Origin: Octopus vulgaris
Lineage: Eukaryota
Length of the DNA stretch: 64,000 nt
Reading direction: 5' to 3'
Assembly (NCBI GenBank): GCA_951406725.2
Contig: OX597818.1
Span: 83,886,001-83,950,000 of the forward strand
Shown: piece by piece, positions 56,686-64,000 of the stretch
How the letters are laid out: each line of letters opens with the position of its first letter
How positions within the stretch are numbered: the stretch's first letter is position 1
The notes under the pieces: generated by a model
Databases searched by the model: none
Seen by the model: only the letters and a program-made list of their open reading frames with translations
Told to the model about the DNA's origin: nothing
Translations under genes and position numbers: made by a program

Positions 56686-56879
56686 CACAACAGAGTTAAA
56701 GGTCAATCTTTACCAAGCAAAACACTCCAATCCATTTCTGTGGGTGAGAGGTTGAGAGAATCGTCGGCACGTCGGCAGAAGTGTTTTACGGCTCATGTTC
56801 CGGTTCTCTACATTCTTTATTCAAATCCCATATGCCTGGAGAAAGCAAAAGGGAAACCACGTTAGTATTCATCCCAAGT

Positions 56880-57200
56880 CTCGGTGGTTAGATCCATGGG
56901 CTCACAACCATGAGGTAGTGAGTTTGTATCCCGGACTGGGCTGTGTATTGTGTTATTGAGCAAGAGACTATATCATGTTGCTCCAGTTCACTCAGCTGTA
57001 GAAATGAGTTGCAATGTCACTGGTTTCAAGCTGCATCGGCGTTTATTTTACCCTTGGATAACATCGCTGGTGTGGAGCAGGGAGCCTGATTTGTATGAGC
57101 GACTGCTGGTCTTCCATAAACAACCTTGCACAGACTTGTGCCTCGGAGGGTAACTTTCTAGGTGCAATCTCATAGTCATTTATGACCGAAGGGGGTTTTA
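56880..57200 (+). mobile_element. tRNA-head CORE-type SINE (family D)
   Basis: decayed A/B boxes, ttgagcaagagact...gttgctccagttcactcagctgtagaaatgag CORE-like segment, unique 3' tail. Confidence 0.7.
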
Positions 57201-57505
57201 ACCATTTCTCCTAAATTTGTTTTAAGAAAGAAAATTAAGGAAATGGTCTAAGAAATTTATCCTGGATATCAGAACGGATATATTTACATTTCATTAAAAT
57301 ATGCTACTGGTTTTAATAGTCTTAAAGGGCGATTTAGTCATTCTGTAGGAGAAGGGGAAAATAAATTCAAATAAATAAAATTATGTTAATATTTCACACA
57401 GACATATCTTCTCATACACAAATAAATATACACGGAAATATATATACGCATGCGCATGCACATTTTCTTTAGTTTACCTATCGTCATCCGGTGAGAGCGA
57501 TTACT

Positions 57506-57890
57506 GACTGAAAGGTTAGCACGCCGGGCGAAATGCTTAGCGATATTTCGTCTGTCACTACGTTCTGAGTTCAAATTCTGCCGAGGCCGAGTTTGCCTTT
57601 CGTCCTTTCGGGGTCGATTAAATATGTACAAGCTACGCACTGGGGTCGATATAATCGAATTTACCCGTTTGTCTGTCCTTGTTTATCCCTTCTGTATTTA
57701 GCCCCTTGTGGGTAGTAAAGAAATAGGTATTCTGTCTCTCTTTACGTACTGAGTTCAAATTCCGCCGAGGTCGACTTTCCCTTTCATCCTTTAGAGATCG
57801 ATACATAAAGTACAAGTTCCATACTCGAGTCGGTCTAATCGACTGGCCCCCTCCTTCAAAATTTCGGGCCTTATTCTGAGAGTAGAAAAT
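57506..57890 (+). mobile_element. composite SINE family B (head+body+tail-A, then headless body+tail-B)
   Basis: junction gtaaagaaata|ggtattctgtc at ~57724. Confidence 0.9.
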
Positions 57891-58260
57891 AATTTTTCCT
57901 TATATAAGTTTTGGAGGTGTATATAATGTTCTTAGAAAACTCACAAGGTGCTGGTAGTGTGCTTCCTTCTGATGGCTACTGGTTAGAAGTGGTAGCAGCA
58001 GCAGTAGTAATAGTAGTAGTAACACCGTGTGAATTTTGTTAGAATAATATATGAATATCCAGAACTGATATCTTGAAAGATAAATTCATTCACAATTTAT
58101 TTCAAGTTATTTAAATTTACTTTCTATTCTCTTACAGTATGACTAAGTTGTTTTCAAATTGATTGAAACCGTTAGCACATTGTGATAGAGCTGCAAATAT
58201 CTTTTGTTTGTCAGTGAGAAATTTCTCAGAGAATTTGCTTCTTTTTGCGTTTGGAAGTGA

Positions 58261-58304
<44 letters not shown>

Positions 58305-58430
58305 CAATTAAGGACAACTACTTAATAAGGAAAACTTAACAAGAAATTGTCAGGTAGATAGCGTGAAAACCTCATAAGAGAAAAAATTTCGAAAATAATT
58401 ATTTCTTATTGAACATATTAATTTATATAT

Positions 58431-58476
58431 AGAGGGCATTATACATACATGCCAGAGGGCATTATACATACATGCC
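58431..58476. repeat. perfect 23-bp tandem duplication
   Basis: agagggcattatacatacatgcc x2. Confidence 0.9.
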
Positions 58477-58567
58477 ACACGCTAAGAGGGACAAGTAGTC
58501 ATTTCTACCAAAAATTTTACTAATCCCACCGAATGCAATTTTTCAAAGAAAGACATTTAAAAAATAT

Positions 58568-58615
58568 AGACCTGTATTACAGTGATTTCATACTTACGTA
58601 TTCATCAGCAGGCCT
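58568..58615 (-). ncRNA. compact type I hammerhead ribozyme
   Basis: aggccug-CUGAUGA-auac-guaa-guau-GAAA-ucacugua-AUA-caggucu; 7-bp stem I, 4-bp stem II with GNRA loop, near-palindromic stem III. Confidence 0.7.
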
Positions 58616-58785
58616 GGACGCATCATAAATAAACGACCCTGCCACGCTTAAGCCGATCAGCTAACTGATCAACATCAACGAAGCACATGGGTGAGTTTAC
58701 ATATATTACATCCGGTAAATGGCAGACTTTTACGAATTGCATTTCGGAGGGAAAGTTTTTTCGGAATAAAAATTTAGCAATTAAA

Positions 58786-58858
<73 letters not shown>

Positions 58859-58889
58859 ATGTGTATGTATGTATTTATATACATATATG

Positions 58890-58935
<46 letters not shown>

Positions 58936-59637
58936 TGTATATATATATATATATATATATATAAAGAGAGAGAGAGATGCATCTATGTATGTGTGTGAGT
59001 GTGTAGACATATATATTAATATAATAAAATATAATATAATATATATACATACATATATATATATACATCTCGTGTATAAAAGGGAATATGTAACCTCTTT
59101 AAGAAATATATATCCATTTACCAATATAACAAATTTATTAACTTATAATATAATGTGTATGCTCAAGCAGATTTTGTTTTTCAATGGAGAAGTTTAAGAA
59201 TAAGTAAACGGGGAAAAAAAACTCGAATTCTGGATGAAATCTTTATCACATCCGTTTTAGTCCACTCATAATCTATCTCATTTACGTACAGACACTTTTT
59301 GAAAAGATAAAAAGAAGCAAGATATAAGAACGCTGTCAATATGCTTGGCACTAGGAGCAAGACTTGGCAGTCGAAATTTAGTTATCACACCCACAGCAAA
59401 GGAAGTAGCTCAAAAGAACTTAGAAACTTACCAAAAGAGATTTACTTAGATGCCTTTGATTTCTAGGGTAATATTGAAACTAACAACAACTACAACAACT
59501 ACTGCAATAACAACACCAACATCACTGTCATCATCATCATCATCATCATCATCATCAATAACAAAATTTCCACAGAGTTACATGGTGAAACGTGAGTGTA
59601 TTTTCGTGGTTGTGTTTTAGTGTGTACACAAACGTGG

Positions 59638-59675
<38 letters not shown>

Positions 59676-59723
59676 ATGTGAGTGTGTGATTCTTTGTGCA
59701 TGTGTGTGTATGCGGGTGTGTGC

Positions 59724-59759
<36 letters not shown>

Positions 59760-60269
59760 TATACATATATATCATATGTAGATGGATAAAAGCATTATGT
59801 ATATATACATATATATGTATATATATCTATATGCATATATATATATATGTGTGTGTGTATGTATGTGTATGTGTATGTATATTTATATGTTTTTATATGT
59901 GCGTATGCATATGTACAAATATATCCATATATATGTGCATGTATGTATATATAAAATGTGTGTATGCACGTACAGACACCTACACTTACACACATACATA
60001 CATGCACACCCACACACAGAGACACGCAAACACACACAGACACACAAACACACACATAGCATAAGCACACAGAAATTTCTAAAATGTGAGTGTGTGTGTC
60101 TGAAATTTCTTCTGTAACAAATCCACAATTTTTTTTATCAGCCTCTATACACTATTAACTGAAGCCTGTTTATAGCATTCCTGTTTTTATACCATAAAAT
60201 AAGAATATGCATACATAAATATACGTATATATTTATTATGTAAATGATAATTCTATTATTGTAAGCTTA

Positions 60270-60680
60270 AAGCTTATAAGCGACGACTTTGTATTGGCAA
60301 ATTTAAATAGTCTAGTATTGGGGCATATAAGTCCTCGACGGAAACAAAATGGGTGTCAGTACGTCTGTGGCGGGAACCCACGCGTCTTATAATATCGATT
60401 AGTGTGCTAACCAGTACACTAACTAACTAACCTACTCCTTTCTGTTATAATTTTATAGCGTTGGTTTGAAATGTTAAGTAGAGAAGCGGTGACAAGTAGT
60501 AATACTGGAAATAATTATAAGCTTATAAGCGATCGCCGTGTATTGGCTTAAGAAAATATATAATATAAAGGCGTATAAGCCCTCGACGGGAAAAAAAGAA
60601 GTGTGTCTCAGTATACATTGGACTTGAACCCGCACCTCTTATATTCGCGATATGTGTGCTAACCATGACACCAACGTAAC
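60270..60680 (-). repeat. two tandem ~250-bp units, each with a tRNA-like Pol III cassette (60358-60428, 60609-60680)
   Basis: unit 2 minus: tggtgtcatggttagcac (A box)...ggttcaagtcc (B box)...ttcttttttt; shared aagcttataagcga and cctcgacgg motifs. Confidence 0.65.
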
Positions 60681-61136
60681 TACTCAGATCGCTCTTTAAG
60701 AGTTAAGAGCTATAATTTCAGAGTGTTGCTTTTTAAACAAATGTCCGTTTTCTGCGTTAATTGGAGAGGCGCTGACGACTGAAAGCTAATAAGCCTCCAC
60801 TGTGCATTGGATAAAGAAAATAGTCTATATATAGGTTTATCAAAGAAAGTATTATATATTCATCATTACACGTGTTTCATTTGCTAATAGGAGTTATAAA
60901 ACTGAACATGTAGTCGAAAACATGTGACATATCTCTCATCAGAAATTCTCCAGAGAGAGAGAGAGAGAGAATCAAGTAATAAAATATTTGCACTTGGATT
61001 TTGCGATTATATATATTTAGTCAACAGGTGTCCTTTAGTTAGTTAGAGGGGAGGAAAATGCACCTGGTAAAACAGTAATGAGTGAGAGATGGGTTATACA
61101 TATATATAAATGTGTGTGTGTTTGTGTGGGTGTGAA

Positions 61137-61194
<58 letters not shown>

Positions 61195-61227
61195 GTTAAT
61201 AACACCTATAAGATGGTGCTTTATCCA

Positions 61228-61940
61228 TTCACCAAAGTGAATGAAGCCTTGGACAGGAAGAACTATTGTCGTTAGATGGAATCCAACGTTGTTCGGTTGT
61301 TTCGACCATGATCCATGACACATTCGCGTTGGTAGTCCAGCAGTGGTGGTCAAGTCGCTTCTCCTCATCACCCCCTGGCTCCCAGCTTAACTCCTCTTTC
61401 TTGCTCCAAAACCAACAAGAGGCTCTTTCAGTTATCTCTCCCATCTTGCAGGCGGCCACCCTTCGCTCCCTACAACTCATTCCAACTGTTGTAAGCATTG
61501 TCCATACCGACTGAGCAGGGAATCCCCTACAGTTAACCACGACTCAGAAAAGCCATACCTGACATCTCTTCTTCCTTCAATCCTGCAGAAGGATCTCATA
61601 TCTGGCATGATCCTGCTCATGGGACTTCTCTTTGTGGTGATGTTTCTTGCGCCTTTCCTGCTCCAGGATATGAGCAAATCTTGCAAGCACCCTATCATGG
61701 CGCCAGTTATATCTGCCATAAAAAAAGGCTACTTTGCACCCTGCCAACTTGTGTGCCAAAGTGCCCCTTTCTCCACAAAGTTTACACAGCTGGTCTTCCT
61801 TCAAGCTCCATCGGTGCTGCTTTGTTGGCGCCGAGAGTAAGTCGTACATCATACACAGCTGAGAGAAGGTGCGAAATTGTTCCAGCATCCACAAGTCAGC
61901 GCTTGTGAGCTAATGCTTAAGAAGATCCCAATTAGTCCAT
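61228..61940 (-). pseudogene. HERO-like non-LTR retrotransposon 3' remnant (CCHC + RLE region)
   Basis: [46 protein letters not shown]...VNCRGFPAQS...ERASCWFWSKK; flanked by (TA)n/(CA)n. Confidence 0.8.
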
Positions 61941-61959
61941 GTACTCTGAGACACAATAT

Positions 61960-62008
<49 letters not shown>

Positions 62009-62015
62009 CATATAT

Positions 62016-62084
<69 letters not shown>

Positions 62085-62268
62085 TACATACATATATACA
62101 TATATATATACATATACATACACGTACATACATAGATACTACATTTTATGATGCGCAAATATAAATATAAAATCTAAATATTGTATCTACATATATTCAG
62201 AAGTATTTTGTAGATACAGAACTGTACTTATGTATACATTAAGTATATAAATATATGTGTACGTGTAT

Positions 62269-62345
<77 letters not shown>

Positions 62346-62354
62346 TACATATAC

Positions 62355-62398
<44 letters not shown>

Positions 62399-63139
62399 TT
62401 GTGTGTTTGTGTATGTATATACTGATATATACTGAGAGAGAAAGTGAGTAAGAGAGAGAGAAAGGTAGATAGATGGATAGATAGATATGTATGTATCTAT
62501 GTATGGGAGGCAAACGAAAACAGTTACCTCTCTTATATTCTTACACACGTATGTTTTCCATCATATATATTGTATTCGCATCGCTATATACAAAATCCCC
62601 TTACTCACACACACACACACACATACACAAATACAAACACAGATATATATTAATGAAGACACATCTATACACGCGTACATTCCGATACGTACACAAACAC
62701 ACAGAGGAAAAGCCACACCAAATAAATTCGATGCCAACACACTAGCTATACTTTCAATGTACATCCCATAGCGCCATTCAAACGTTAACCAGCAGCTATG
62801 TTAACTAAATTTTCTGCCGGGCTTCACAAACACAACAGCATCTATGTCGATACTACACCTCCCTTGCACCAGAAACCGTGGGAGGGTGCTATGTTTTTAT
62901 AGACAAGAAAAAAAAGGCAGCACATCCTACAGTGGCGTTTGGGATGTGTGGGGGGAGATGTAGTAGTATAGGTGTTGCTGACAGTGGTGATTGTGGTGCT
63001 AGTGGTGATAGTGATGTTTATCAAGGAGGAGAGTAAGTGAATTAGAAAATATAGGGAGCAGAGCAATTGCAGGGTGGGGTGGACCTTTGGTGGTTTGGTG
63101 GCGTTCTTTCAGTCCCTGTTCGTGTTGGTGGTTTCTCGT

Positions 63140-63175
63140 TAGTAGTGGTGGTAGTAGTAGTAGTAGTAGTAGTAA

Positions 63176-63233
<58 letters not shown>
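63140..63233. repeat. (TAG)n microsatellite
   Basis: direct inspection. Confidence 0.95.
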
Positions 63234-63234
<1 letters not shown>

Positions 63235-63588
63235 AGGCTGCGGTGGTGGTGTATATGTCGGCGTTGTAAAAGCTCTTGCAACAGTTATTGTGTGTTATGG
63301 TCCTTGCGATCTGAGGATCCCAACCGGGCACCATATGTTCCTTCGGAGTTTATATAAGACTTTCATATTAAAATTTATTTACGATAAGTCGTTATACTTC
63401 TACAAAACACAAAAATACTTCTACATTCTTTATACTGTATTTAATAATATTTAAGTATGAAAATATAAAAAGATTTCTATGCGGTAGAGTAAAATAGGAA
63501 TGAAAAGGTCCCATAGTAAAATTTGTTTCAGAACAAAGACCTGCGATGATAAGTGGTTCCAGTGTTACTGAAGAGCTATTGTTATTTC

Positions 63589-63956
63589 CTATTTCTTTAT
63601 TGCCCACAAGGGGCTAAACATAGAATGGACAAGCAAGGAGAGACAAAGGGATTAAGTCGATTACATCGCCCCCCAGTGCGTAACTGATACTTAATTTATC
63701 GACCCCGAATGGATGAAAGGCTAAGTCGACTTCGGCGGACTTTGAACTCAGAACGTAACGGCAGACGAAATACCTATTTCTTTACTACCCACAAGGGGCT
63801 AAATACAGAAGGAACAAACAAGGACAGACAAACGGATTAAGTCGATTATATCGACCCCAGTGTGTAACTGGTACTTAATTTATCGACCCTGAATGGATGA
63901 AAGGCTAAGTCGACCTCGGCGGACTTTGAACTCAGAACGTAACGGCAGACGAAATA
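63589..63956 (-). mobile_element. tandem dimer of headless SINE family B units, both tail-A, young
   Basis: two ~185-bp units; minus-strand junction gtaaagaaata|ggtatttcgtctgcc at ~63775. Confidence 0.9.
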
Positions 63957-64000
63957 TTGTTAGTAACAGGTTAAAGTTGGATATATTTTTTGGTGCTTCT

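Larger units (their letters stand above)
54191..57505. repeat. ~110-bp direct repeat pair (54191-54299 and 57393-57505)
   Basis: ttcacacagacatatct...aataaatatacacggaaatatatatacgcatgcgca...ttctttagttt.cctatcg...agcgattact at both sites. Confidence 0.85.

Noticed and set aside
60609-60680. Functional tRNA gene
   Set aside because: Acceptor and anticodon stems are poorly paired; all tRNA-like sequences here are SINE heads or decayed cassettes.

Overview
This window is AT-rich, microsatellite-saturated eukaryotic non-coding DNA (intergenic or deep intronic). The SINE families and the density of (TA)n/(CA)n/(GATA)n/(AAT)n repeats suggest an octopus or other coleoid cephalopod genome; this is inference from recognition, not a database hit. 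I found no convincing host gene, and nearly all listed ORFs are translations of simple repeats. The window is a mosaic of decayed mobile elements: several tRNA-derived SINE families (about 25 copies), two Penelope-like (GIY-YIG) retroelement remnants, a near-full-length DD37E-spaced Tc1-like transposon with IR/DR ends, an inverted pair of mariner 5' ends, a Tigger-type MITE, a non-autonomous Helitron, and R4/Dong-like, HERO-like, RTE and internally deleted L1/Tx1-type LINE remnants. Three signals stand out. (1) At least six dispersed type-I hammerhead-ribozyme motifs have palindromic stem III and mostly long stem II insertions; they include a CCGACGA core-variant family and a divergent pair inside a 545-bp palindrome. 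(2) A SINE shares a covarying CUUGU stem-loop plus AAUAAA 3' end with a Tx1/L1-type LINE. (3) That same SINE recurrently joins a fixed internal site of its own family and stacks at one target. All coordinates were read by eye and are approximate.
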